64,000 bases of DNA from Entomortierella parvispora E1425 (Eukaryota > Fungi > Mortierellomycota), in the NCBI GenBank assembly GCA_020891255.1, contig BQFW01000002.1, forward strand, positions 3,038,001 through 3,102,000, given 5' to 3'. Positions 37,253-49,497 of the stretch are shown in pieces. Both the position numbers and the translations under genes were made by a program. The notes under the pieces were generated by a model. That model was not told where the DNA came from. It saw only the letters and a list, made by a program, of their open reading frames with translations, and did not search any database. Position 1 is the stretch's first letter. Every line of letters starts with the position of its first letter.

Positions 37253-39615
37253 ATGACTCTGATCCCAGAATCAACCTCACCTTTGACACCGCCACCACTC
37301 TCAAGCCACGGCGAGAACATCGCTCCAAGTACCTCTCCTCCATATCCACTACTTGGCACCGGCACAACCTGTTGCCGTATCTGTCTAGACGATGATCCTC
37401 ACGGCCTCTACTCGCCGTGTCGTTGTAAAGGATCGATCAAGTTTGTACATAGTCATTGCCTAACTCGATGGTAAGACTATAAACACTGCCTTGCTATTCT
37501 TGAAGAGATCATCTCAGGAGGCAATTGGAACAAGAGAGGGTCAAGGCGGCCCAATGTGACCATGTGATAGCAACCGACTAAAGCGGAGCTGAGAACTTTC
37601 ATCTTTGGACTCCCGAGAGACGATTCGATCGGACGAACCTGGACCACCGACAATGAGAACAAAGAACCACAAAGTCTACCCTGGATTTGTCCCAAAAAGA
37701 CAGCCGTCCGTCCTTTGTTACCCCCTTGTGTGCACGGATGGGAGGTATTTTTATCTTGTTCTTTCGTCCAAGTGGATTGTCTTAACCTTTCGTGTGTTTC
37801 ATTTTGCGTTCATAGGAGAAAGAGTCTTATGGCTCATGGACGTGATGAGTCCGCAAACTCTTGCACCATGTGCGGCTTTAACTACGTTCTCAAGAAGCGT
37901 GCCCGGTTTTACGAACTGATCTCATATAGAGGTAAGCCCCAACTGCTCGAATTTTTACCCCTTTACCCCTCCCAGGTGGTCTTGACACAGGAAACAGGCT
38001 TACTCGAGCTCAGAAGCTGACATTATTGACAGCGAGTCAGTCCGAGAGAATGAGCGATCGAAGAAAAGAGGGGAGGAAGAGATGCACGCTCGCTGAGTGG
38101 TTGCGGTACCCCGCTGTGTTCACATGTGAACTTGGTTCTCCACAGAAGACCCAACTTTAATTTGTCTAATATTTTTCTTGTTCAATTTCCCCTCTTCTGT
38201 GCTGGCCGACAGGAATCCGGATTGCCATCACGGTGCTCGTGGTCCTGGTCATGCTCTTCCCCTCTGGATACCTGATGAAGGCCTGTGTCCTTCTCTCAGG
38301 CTACAACGACAGCCCGGATGTCACGCCCGTTGGGTACCTTCACACCCTCCGCCATCTCTCGACCAACATGGAGGACATGACTATCTTTCCTATCTGCAAT
38401 GCCAACAGCAACAGGAACCAGCGTATGAGACATGTGGCCCTCACACCCCCAAAATCGGTTTCGCCAATGGACGCTGTGCCGGAGAAGGACGCAACAGGAA
38501 AGGATACAAACACACCCATGGTCACCTCCAGCCCGATGGCCATGGCCACGCCAATGCACTTTGTGTCGATTTTCCCCGGACCCTTTGCCCCCCATATCTC
38601 CAACTCTAATATCCTTTCCACTGGTCATCATTCACAACGGGACCAACCTCAGGCCAGTCCATCTGAGAGCATTGGTCACCAGCAGCAACAGCAGCAACAG
38701 CAACAGCAACGGCAGCCAGGACAGGGCAACAATGGATCAGGAGAACCATCTGTACTTCAAAACTCCTGGGCATGGGTCTCTGCAGGGATCGATGTTGTGG
38801 GCTCGAGTCATTTGGCAAGCTTGTTGCTATACCCATTTATCAATGATCGGATTTGGTTCTTTTTGCTTTGCCGCCTTCAACATCTTCACCTAGGATTTTT
38901 CTTGTTGGGTTCTGCAAGCAATGTCTACATGGCATGTCAGATGCTATCAGATATGTACGATCTCGTAATGATGCCGTCCAACTCACATCAGCATCTCCAG
39001 CAGCCACATCTCCAACCGAGCCGTATCAAGAAGGTTTTCTTGGCGTTGACCTCAGTCTTTGTGATCTGGTTTTGGTTTTCTTACAATCTGATGGCCTTCC
39101 GAGTCTCGACGACAGAGGAAGAGTTCATGAGTGAGCTCCCTCTTTGGGCCCTGCGATGGATCAATGTGGGCGTGGCGATCGTGGATTTGAGTTATCGCAG
39201 AATCTATAACCGACTGGGTCGTCTGAAGGTCGAGGAAGAACTGTTGGATATCTCGGATGTGGAAAAAGTGGAGGAGATGCAGCAAAAAGCCTGGCTCCAT
39301 CAGCAACAACGGTTCTTGCAATATGGACAGGAACAAGGACAGTATCTTCTGGGACAGTTCAAGGCATTCGAGGTCAAGCAATCATTCTTGAACGGTGCCA
39401 ATGCAGCCGTCGACGCCGTGTCAGATGCCTACTCAAAGACCAATATTCCATCTTTCCCGCCAATCCCAACTTCCTTTGCATCGGCTGTCACTATGATGTC
39501 GACATCCACGTCTGCCTCTTCATCTTTTCCTTCGGATAGCGAACCGGACAACGACAAAGATTCTAGTAGACACTCTTCCTCGGAGCCGGTGGCAAGCGAC
39601 GAGCTATCAAGCTAA
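37253..39615 (+). CDS. RING-CH (RINGv/MARCH-type) membrane E3 ubiquitin ligase, multi-exon
   Basis: CRICLDDD..SPCRCKGSIKFVHSHCLTR-W..CTMC (C4HC3), spliced across an intron at about 37470-37815, followed by several TM segments. Confidence 0.85.
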
Positions 39616-39865
39616 ACAAAACAAAAAAAATCCTGCTTTTCACTGACCCCGTAACATAGTCAATGTGATCCATATACCTTAGACAGTCAAACGCTCCAGC
39701 CCATAAAAAAACACGCGTCGACTCTCTTTGCGTGATGTTGGATGTTGACATTGTTACAACACTGCTGGATCAACTTTATTTTTTCAAGGCGATCAAGGGA
39801 CCGAGGACGTCTCATTACCAAGCAGTCGTCAGTAGATAAGGGAGCTTTCAGCGTCAATCGAGAGT

Positions 39866-42702
39866 ATGGACTTGGATACGGTGCCCGCATCGTCTTCTCA
39901 TAACGATCTCAACGTTGTCACTCCTCAAATCGAAGGCATTCCCAAACAGATGCGACTCAGGAATGCCAAACAAAAGAAGTGGTCCCAATCACGGTAAGTA
40001 ACACTTGTCATCGCCGAGTTTTCTATGCCATTCCCTTCACTACTCGATTTACTTACGATCTGACCATATTCTCTTGTCTACCAAGGTTCAAGTCCAGAAC
40101 AGACAATCAACAGAGATACGCTGTTAGGACTATCACCATCTCGAACGACCCACTCGTCGATGAAAAAGAGCTTGCGAAAATGACTATAGCCAAACCTCGC
40201 CCAAAGCAAACGACATCAGCAGCTTCCGACGACGGATCGAGGCTGCTGTCAACACAATGGCTGAACCTCGTAGGTTTGTCGAGATCGTGATCCTTGACGA
40301 GCTGCTGCGGTCACAGATGAGGTGATGCCATATGCATTGGAGGATAATACCTTCAATGTGCTTGATCTAATTTTGGAAAAAGCAGCGGGAACTGCCATCG
40401 TCAAGCATCTCTTCTCGTTGATCCTCAATGGCCATATCCAGGAAATTGGTCCCAAGACCGTTAAGGAGTCCAAAGCGGCCAAGGACATAACGATAAATGC
40501 CTTTGAGCTCCTGAAGATCCTTCCTGGATTTGTGCCTGTAAACAAAGGGACACCATAAGCCTAGGACGACTGGCTGTTGACGCAGCAGCCGAAATCAGCA
40601 TGCAGTTGCGCAAGCATTTTAAGGGCATACATTTTACAGTTGGAGGAAGGGTACGTGGTACCTTTATATTTGTTTCGTTGGCTATGGTCGGTATTCAAAT
40701 ACTAACCTCAATCATTATTGTTAGATGAAAAGCTGTGTATGGGCCGAGAGTGATATCCCCCCTGACGCACTGAAGGACCCTAACGCTCAAGAAGCACAGG
40801 AGAGTGAGAAGGCAGATGTGAACGACGATATCAACCCTGTCGACAATGGCGCTGAGGAGGATGATGAGGATGGCGAGAACGAGAAAGTTAAGAGCGATTT
40901 GAATACGGGCATCTTCGACGTTGGTGGACGGAGGCTGCTCGGCTCCCCTTGCGTACGAGGCCCGTGTTCTGCCTCCGACACAAGTTCAAGGATCCTTTTA
41001 TCACTTTTGAAGAGCAGGCTCTCCATCAGATTCTGTGGGGAACGACAAAAAAGCACCCAAATCCTGTCTCGACTGTGGCCAGCAAAATCATGTCAGCAAA
41101 GGAAGCGTCAGTAGTTGCTGAGCAGAGACACGGGGAACTCATCAGAATTCTTTTTTACCGGGAGTGGAGATGAGGAAGTCGTCTTCAGCGAAGCAGACAC
41201 CCTACGGGCGACGGTCCACAACTATGGAATCCCTTGCTCAAAATCATGAGTTCTTCAGCTCCACGGTATTGCACGCGTACATCGATGCCAAATTCGCACA
41301 CATCGCCAAAGCAACGGAGTGCAAAGAAGAGGGCACAGTCTGCGAAGATACCCTTCCACCACTGCCAACAACATGTCTTCCAGATGATCCCAAACGGCGA
41401 CCACCACGTTTTGCTATAAGCAACATGCTTGCTACGAACGGGAAGGAGCTCCACGTCAACTGCTCCAACACCATGAAACCTTACCGGAGCAAGCACGCCT
41501 TTGTCCCCATCTATTGCATCGAGAATAGATTCCCCACTCTGCAGTCGATTTTTGACGAGTTCAGTGTGAGTTCGGTTGACGACATCGATGTGTGGGGAAT
41601 AGATCCAGGCAAAGTGAATACGGCGGCGTTCTACAGAATCTTCCGGGATAGCCTCGCTTCAATTTTTGACGACCCAGGAGGTCAGGGCCTGTCAGACATC
41701 ACTACAAGCAAACGGATTCTCCTTCAGGGCGTGGAGGCCAAGAATCCGGTTGTGAACCGCAAGTCCCTCTACCAACCCGTTTTTTCCCATTGTCAAAAGA
41801 TGGGGGAGCTCAAAAGCAGGTCAACTCACGTCAGTAAGGATGATCGTATACAGGGTGACCTTTGGGCTCGCCCGGAAGGTTCTATTCGCGAAGGAGGGGA
41901 TATTTTACCAAGTATCGGTGATATGAACTCTCTGGTTCCTCTCCAGCAGCACGAACTGACGGGGATCATTGATAGCCATGGAATAACTCTGCCGAGCATC
42001 AATGACATGCAGAACTTCTTGCCCACGCATCAGTACGAATCTGTTGAGGATGTAGAGACGTCGACTGTACGTTTCAGCCAAGTTCAACGACTCCTGCACG
42101 AGTTCTATGGATCCAAGAGGGTAAAGACAATGGAATGGGAGTTGAAAAAGGCGAAGAAGGCAGAGATAATCGACGCTATTCTCTTGCAGTGCACCTCTAA
42201 AACCTTGTTTTGCTATGCCAATGGTTCCTTCCACGCGGGCATCATTCTCCCCCTCCCCCCCCCCCCACGAAACATACAACTTTTTACACTAAGGGTAAGA
42301 TTTTTTCTTCTTTTTTCTTGATGCTTTCCCCGTTCTACAACAGACAGATATGCCTCTATTATTTTATGATGAATTTAGGCTGTTAGTGCAGGACACGTCG
42401 TTGTGTTGGTGGACGAGCACCTCACCTCCAACATGTGCCCTACCTACCTCGAGTCCGGCGACTCATGCAGACTTGCAAAATCCACAGTGAGGTCATGCGC
42501 ATGCTTGGTATGTGGCAGGTGGGTTCACAGGGACATAGTCGGTGCCCACAACATTGCTGCAGCTGGCGACGTTTGGATCAGGACGTTGACCAGACCGCTG
42601 GCCCTGCGCCGCAAGTCCACCACCCCAAGCCAAACAACCCAATCAAACACCTGCGCCGAAACCGCAGCCACCACTTATCCCGTGGCTATTTCAACAGTCT
42701 AA
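39866..42702 (+). pseudogene. Fanzor (eukaryotic TnpB/IS200-IS605-family RuvC nuclease) gene with three introns and about five frameshifts
   Basis: RuvC-I VWGIDPG (D at 41602), RuvC-II GHVVVLVDEHLTSNMCP (E at 42415), zinc-ribbon CACLVC, RuvC-III HRDIVGAHNI (D at 42532), C-terminal RPLAL and upstream ATNG (TDG-like). Introns 39994-40085, 40651-40724 and 42295-42378 are canonical and in phase. Confidence 0.85.
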
Positions 42703-42867
42703 GGGATGTCCTGTGTACAATAATAAACTCCCATTCCAATTGCTGTCAGTCAAAGGAGCAAATATGCCCTTTGCCGTTTATTTTCCTTAATGAAGGTGGT
42801 GAGAAACATTGAAACGCACAGGCAAGGAGTAAGGATTGGAGGTTAGGCGAAAATGGTGAAGTATGAT
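42703..42867 (+). ncRNA. Candidate Fanzor omegaRNA / element right-end region
   Basis: Lies immediately 3' of the Fanzor stop, where omegaRNAs are typically encoded. Contains hairpin CAAAGG-A-GCA-AATA-TGC-CCTTTG (42751-42773) and a small CCTT-AATG-AAGG stem (42785-42796). It also overlaps the VMA4 3' UTR on the other strand. Confidence 0.3.
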
Positions 42868-44330
42868 CTAGTTGAAGAACTTGCGGTTGGGGGAGGGACC
42901 GAACAACATGTTCCTAACATCAGGAAGCATCTATAGAATAAAAAAACGGGTGAGTATTGGATGATGAGCTCGATATCAGAACAGTCCCTACAGCTCTACA
43001 AACAATATATCGTACATCTTCCTCAAGGATAGAGAGACGAGCCTCTGGGGTATTGTTGCACTTGGTCTTTCCACCGTTTCCAGCCACGATGACACCTCCG
43101 GCACTATAAGCAGATAAAAATAAGAGTACTCAGCATACAGAACCAGAAATAGAAGTTAAAAGGAGCAACATTGAAATGGAGGTTAAATTGTACCTGTCGG
43201 CAGCGAGGTATTCATCCAAAATCACGACCTTGATCGCTGACTTGGTAGCCTCCTCATAACGAGCTTGGACAGAGGGCAAGAGACCCTCGACGACAGCCTT
43301 ATCAGCCTTGCGCAATTGAACAGTGACCTCGGGCTCCAAGAGACGGAAGAAAGCCTAGAACATATAAAGATCCAATTAGAATATCGTCTCTACATTTTGT
43401 GCCATAAAGTTATCACGGCACTTGTGGGAAAAGCAAGACGCACCTGAACCAGTGAATCGGCCAAGAACTTCTCGTAACGGGTCTTATCCTTGGAAACCTC
43501 CAAAAGCTGGTTCCTTGATTCAGCGAACAGATCGTCCAACATTTGCTGACGAGTCACCAACAGAGTCATGCGGGACTTGTTGATGTTGTTAGACTGAGCA
43601 CTAAAAAAATAGGAAGGACAGAGGTAGATGGGTCGGTCATCTGGGACAAAAAATATCGTCACGGGCAGCATCCTCAAGCAATCACCCCACTGGTGACTGC
43701 ATTGAATGATAATGGCGTGGCAAGATCAAATTTGAAGTGCTTTCTGTACATGCGACGTTGGACATCAGCTTGCTTGACCTTGCGCTGGAAGGCAGCGTCA
43801 ATATTGATCGATTCCTGACGAACAAGCTTGGCCTAAAGGTAACAATAAACGCGGGATCAGATCCCCAGTATCTCGGTTCGAATCGATTACCCTCTTTTCC
43901 ATGAGATCTGCTAACTGCTCCATCGTGCTTTGACTTTGCTCCTAACCTTCTCAATGTTGAACTCTTCGTCGGCCTAGCAGCAAACAAATTGTAGCAATTG
44001 TTAGTAGAGTCCTCTATCTCTCGGCATTAAGGTGCAGTTAGTGCAGTTTATAGGCTGCCGTTCAGGTTTGCCACATTTCGCGCATGCTCGTAGGGATACC
44101 TTGACTTTGATTTCTCTGGCCTTCTCGAGCGCCTCCTGCTTAATGAACGCGACCTATGACACAAAAGAAAAGGAGAATCAGCATGGAGGTCATTACGGAT
44201 CGAGGTCTGCTTCCGAGGACTAAATGTCATTCCGAGGAAAGGCTGGAACAATGGAGAGAGGATGCATCTGTACCATCTTTCTCATTTCAGAGACGACTTC
44301 GTCATCGTTCAGAGCTTTGTTGAATGACAT
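42868..44330 (-). CDS. VMA4: V-type H+-ATPase subunit E, multi-exon
   Basis: [53 protein letters not shown], with C-terminus LFGPSPNRKFFN*. The introns I checked are GT..AG and in phase. Confidence 0.96.
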
Positions 44331-45040
44331 GATTATGAATTGCGGGGTCTAATGCGGAGAAGGATTCGCTTTGGTCAGATAGAATTCAAGCACAAATGGA
44401 GAAGCAGCTGACGAGCAAAGGGGCAATGCATTCGAATGCAGGGCTCAATTTGTTCATTACAGGATGAAGAGTCGAGTGGGGTAAGGGAGTGAGACGAATG
44501 AACAAGGCGAATGCACTCCTCTTCGACTTTCATGCGATGCTCCTCCCTGTCGCGGTCACGCTTGGACTGTGCCTGGTCTTGACAGAGTGCCCCTAGTAGT
44601 CCAAACGTCACCTGTGCTTAAGGGGCGAGGCTCGTTTTCCTTTGTCTCTTGAACAGTGTGCGCGAAGATCCAGCCTCTTGCAAGCTGCTGGAGGACCTCC
44701 TGGTGGTCGCTGTGCTTGTTCGTGGAGCACCAGTATATCGAGAGGTCTTCGTAAAATGTCATCTTGGGGCACAGTGACTCGACGACCACGTTCAAAGAGT
44801 TGCACAGCCAACAACGAAGACAAGATCCGCCACGTGACGCGAATGCGGACAAAATCTCTCGCTGTCTTTCCTTCTTTGTCTCTGTCGCATGTTGCACCGT
44901 CTTCCTTCTACTGTACATTCATTCCCATTGGGTCCTTCCCACGGCCGACACCGACTAGACAAAACGTAGAGACAGAAGCTGCGAGAGACGACAACGGTTC
45001 CACCTAGTAACTTAGAGAACACTGCTTGGACAATTCGAGG

Positions 45041-47685
45041 ATGAACATCAACGCCCCTTCGTTTGCTCCGCAAGGCGCTGGCAGCGACAAACCTGCTGGG
45101 AACTCGTCCAACTTTCGATCGTCTGCCGCAGGCTCGTCGAATCAACGTGCGCCTGCTCCGCCGGTCCATTCCAAGTTTTCTGCCGAGCAGCAGCAACGTA
45201 TGTCTGCAATTCTTTTTGTTCCTTTTTTCAATCGTCGCTTTGCACTCCGAGTGTTTCGTGAGGCCATGAGAAACTGTAGTTTTCATTCACTGAACTCTTT
45301 TTCTCCTGCCTCTTTTTTTATTTTTTGTGCTCCCATGGACCCCTATACTGCGCCAGGCCCTCAGCCAGGTCGGGGAAAGAACCAACGACAGAGCAACTCC
45401 AAGAGAAACGGATACGAACGGGAGCAGGGACGGGTCAGCGGGAGTGGCGGAAAGCCCCCCTCTGCTGCGGATTCATTAGCAACCACCATGAGCCAGCTGA
45501 GCATGAATGACAAGACAGGCAAAGGCAACAACAAGAAGAACCAGGTGTCACTCAACCATCTCCTCAACTTCTCGTTCCCTGTACGAGAGGAACCTCAGAA
45601 TGTGGCCCCTATCCGGAGACGTCGAAATGCGAATTATCAGCCGTTTGACAAAGACAAGTTCATTAATGCAAAGTATGATATTGTGTGCTACTGCGTCGGC
45701 TGCTTTGGTTTCAGTCCATTTTTCGCTTGAACTCAACGTTTTTTGTTTATCCTCCAACTGCAGCTTTCGATTTTTGATGCACCCCCGGAGCGACTACGCC
45801 GTCTTCACCATGGACGCGGATGTTCGAGTACAATGGGAAGATATTGAACAGGTTCTGATTGCCGTTCCCCAGTCCTGTCCAATCTGCTTGCAGCCACCTG
45901 TGGCCGCTAGAGTCACGAAATGTGGACATGTTTACTGCTTCTCGTGCATTCTTCATTACCTGGCTCTGAGCGACAACAACAAAGCCTGGCGGAAGTGCCC
46001 TATCTGCTGGGATGCTATTTACGAGAAGGATCTCAAGAGCGTACGAACTACCCAGGACGAAAATGACATTTACGACCAGGGCGAGAAGGAGATTGCCAAA
46101 AAGATTGCTTCAAAGCAGGAAGTCCATGTTGAAATGAGGCTGATTCAGCGATCGTTGGTAAGATACTCCCTCTTCCTTGACGAAGGCAAGGTTTTTGATG
46201 AATTACTCGTCATTAACGCTCTGAATAATAACACACAAATAGAACTCCACTGTTGCGCTTCCTCGCTCAAATACCTTTCCTCTTCCTGCAAATGTGCTGC
46301 CAGAGGAACTTCAGGGTCAGCCACCACTCGATTTTTATCCAGATGCGATGCTTTTCAGTCGACTTATGATCACTACAATGGACCGAATGGTATCGGAACT
46401 GGATCGGGACATCCTGTCGATTGAGTGCGGCATGGAGGAGGCAAAAAGCTATGATGCTAATTCACATTCGGAGGAAATTGTGTTTTTCGAAATGGCCATG
46501 AACAAGATCCAGGAAAGGAAGGAAAAGATCAAGGACGACGCGAAATTCTTGCCCAAATTGGCTCTGGAACGCGAAAGGATTCTGCGCCGACACCTCGAAC
46601 ATACTGCAGTGCCTGGGGCTGTTGAGTCTGCATCAGAGACTCATGGCGAGACAGAATCGGCAAAACCAACTCTGACATACAGCGAAACAGGACCCGAGGC
46701 GTACGAATTTTCTAGGGCCACGGACACGTCAACACCTACTTCAACACTGGATGACTCCACTGATCCTCAAAGTGGAGGCGAACTTGTACCAGAAATGGAA
46801 AAGGGCAAAGCCATGGCGACCAGGGTTCCCAATCAATTGACGACCATGTACTTTTTCTATCAAGCATCCAACGGCCTCCATCTCTACCTCCAGCCGCTGG
46901 ACATTCGTATTCTCAAGCAGCATTTTGAAACCTATGACCGATTCCCGGACACAATCACGGTCAAGGTACTGGGCATTGAGGAGACCAGCTTGACGGAGGA
47001 GGTGCGGAAGAAATGTAAATATTTGGGTCATTTGCCTCTTGGCTGCGAGGTCTCTTTCTTGGATGTTGCGCTGGAGGACGTTGTTGGTGCGGAAGGCGTT
47101 AAGCCGTTTGAAGCCGAGCTGCGATTGCGAAGGACGAAACGCCGAGAAAAAGAAGCCAAGGAGGAACGCGAACGTTTAGAACGAGAGCACAAGCTTAACC
47201 CTCCGAAACCCAAGCGTGATGACTTATTTGTTAACGACCCCTTCTTCCATGCGCCAGCTGGATATGAGGGTCAGAGTACTGGTCCTCGTAGAACGAGTGA
47301 TGCCGAGCTGCAGGAGGCTCTTCGATTGTCTGCTCAGAGTGCTCTGGATGAAATGCCAACCTTGAGCGAGGCCAATTCTAGACATGGACGGCGAACTTCA
47401 ATACCCAGCTCAGTTGAATCTTCTAGAAGTATACCTGGAGCGGATTCGAGCAGCACTAGCGGTTCGCATCAAGATGTCTGGGGTAGCAGCTACGAGTCCA
47501 ACAATGGAGGCCATACTGGTTCTTCGACCGTGTGGGGCACCCCATCAGTACCTGTCAGCCGTCATCACGACGAGTACGATGACTACTATGACGATGAACA
47601 TGACTATGAACCAGACGTGGTGGTGAAGCGTGGCAAGAAAAAAGTGGCCGTGCTGATGTCCAATAACAGTCGCAGGATCAGGTGA
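45041..47685 (+). CDS. RING E3 ubiquitin ligase, RNF10/Mag2 family, multi-exon
   Basis: QVSLNHLLNFSF, FDKDKFINA, CPICLQPPVAARVTKCGHVYCFSCILHYL..WRKCPICW, YFFYQASNGLHLYLQPLDIRIL and C-terminal GKKKVAVLMS. Confidence 0.9.
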
Positions 47686-48346
47686 ATGGCCTTTGTACTC
47701 TCCACCCTGCCAATGCAAGTCCGCCGTCAAATGCACGGCCAAGCGCGCTCTGGCGAGTCGGGTCCTCAAGAAGAAAAGAAGGAAAAAACATACACAGACA
47801 CAGACACAGACACCCTAAACACATACATATTTTTTTTTCTCTGCGAACTGTTCAACTCTCTCGCGAGCATGCGCGCCTCTGGCAGATCCAGGCTGGTCCA
47901 CTCGGTCTGCTGATCCTTTCGCTTTGCTGCAGCCATGATGCCTGAGCTCGACTATATTCCCACCGCACATACATACACGCACAATCTTTTTTTTTTTTGC
48001 CCACGGATGCAATACCAATAAAGCCAGCAAAGCAGCAGACCTTTGAACCAAACAGCAGGTGAAGATAGAAAGGGACGAATGAAAGACACAGTGATGAGAT
48101 CCTGACTCGCAGCAGAACCCAGAACCTGCCAAATCGGGCCTGGCCGAGTCACGTTCGATTGACCGTCGCCACCATGGATAACGAGTGGAACAAATGGCTT
48201 TTTTCGCCCTCTCCTTTGCTTCCTTCTCACCCACTCATCTACTCCCTCATTATCTCTCTCTGCTTCCTCTTGCTTGCCAGTCAGCTTGTCCAAAAACATT
48301 ACTTCGTTCAGCTTTCACCGCCTCACAATCCACATACGAATCTGCC

Positions 48347-49497
48347 ATGGACAACAACCTCGCGTTCTCACGCACCTCTCCTCCACCTCTGATCCTGCCA
48401 AGAAGGGTCTCCTTCCACAGCAATACCCGCTCTACCAACCACCCAAAAATGAGGCAATACCATATCCCCTCGTCACCGCCGGCCTCGCCCGAGAGTCAGG
48501 GCATCAGTGGCAACAATAATCTCGCGCACTACTATTATTACCCGTCCGGATCCAGCGGTGCCGACCTGTCATCTTCCTACACAGACCCGTCCATGACTGG
48601 CTTGAGCGACCTCGGTCAGAGTAGGATAGTAGTGTCTGTGCCAACTTTATCTACCTATTCTTCTTCTGCTTCCACTTCTTTTGGTGGCAATCGATCAGGG
48701 ATGATCCGCCGTCATTCGGTCGCGAATGGCTCCCCTTGGTCGGCCATCCCGCCGAAACACGCTCTGCATATGCCGGTCATGAAGGTGGACCCGACTGTTT
48801 GGCGGAACGAACACCACCAACAACAGATCTATCGTTTGATGCATGAAGGCCGGAAAGAAGAAGTGATGCGACGAAGAAAGATCAAGAGTGTAATGGATAC
48901 AAGCGAGGAAGGGGACGATGATAACGAAATGGACGATGTTGTCTTGGACATTGACCTTGGTGGATTCAAGGCTGCAGAGAACCGTGCCAAGGTAAAAACA
49001 AAAAAAGAAAACTGGTGAAAGAACTCACAAAAAAAAAAAAAAAAAGACGAGTAGGTCAGAGCGTACTTGCATTGGACCCCCAAAGATTAATGTTCTATCT
49101 CTTCTTTGGTTAGGAGGAAGCTCGTCAGCAGGTTTTGCAGGAATGGACCCAACAGATTGAACGGCAACAAAGACAGAAAGAGGTGGAGGAGAACTTTCGA
49201 CGCCGATTGAACTCGTGGCCAAAACAACTCGAGACACTGCGTGTTCATTTTTTAGACCCGAATCAAGTGCTTCATCCCAACAATGGCCAAGAAGAACAGC
49301 AGATGCAGCAATCACTGCAACAGATACCATCACAACTTCCAGTTCCGGGACAGCAATTGGGTCGCACCATGATGATGACGACGGGACCCCTGTCAAATCC
49401 ATCTGCTTGGTCTGCATCACCAGCATTCATGATAACCAATAGTATGGGCAGTGTTGTCGATACTCGACGCCCTGCATTTGCTGCATACCGTGGATGA
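48347..49497 (+). CDS. Hypothetical low-complexity protein with a central coiled coil, two exons
   Basis: ATG at 48347. A GTAAAA donor at about 48992 and a GTTAG acceptor at about 49093 join ENRAK-EEARQQVLQEW in frame. Confidence 0.65.

Noticed and set aside
39616-42867. Terminal inverted repeats or a target-site duplication around the Fanzor
   Set aside because: Only matches of 6 nt or less were found by eye, which is not supportable.
43875-43884. GGTTCGAATC resembling a tRNA T-loop
   Set aside because: No acceptor, D or anticodon stems can be formed around it, and it lies in a VMA4 intron.
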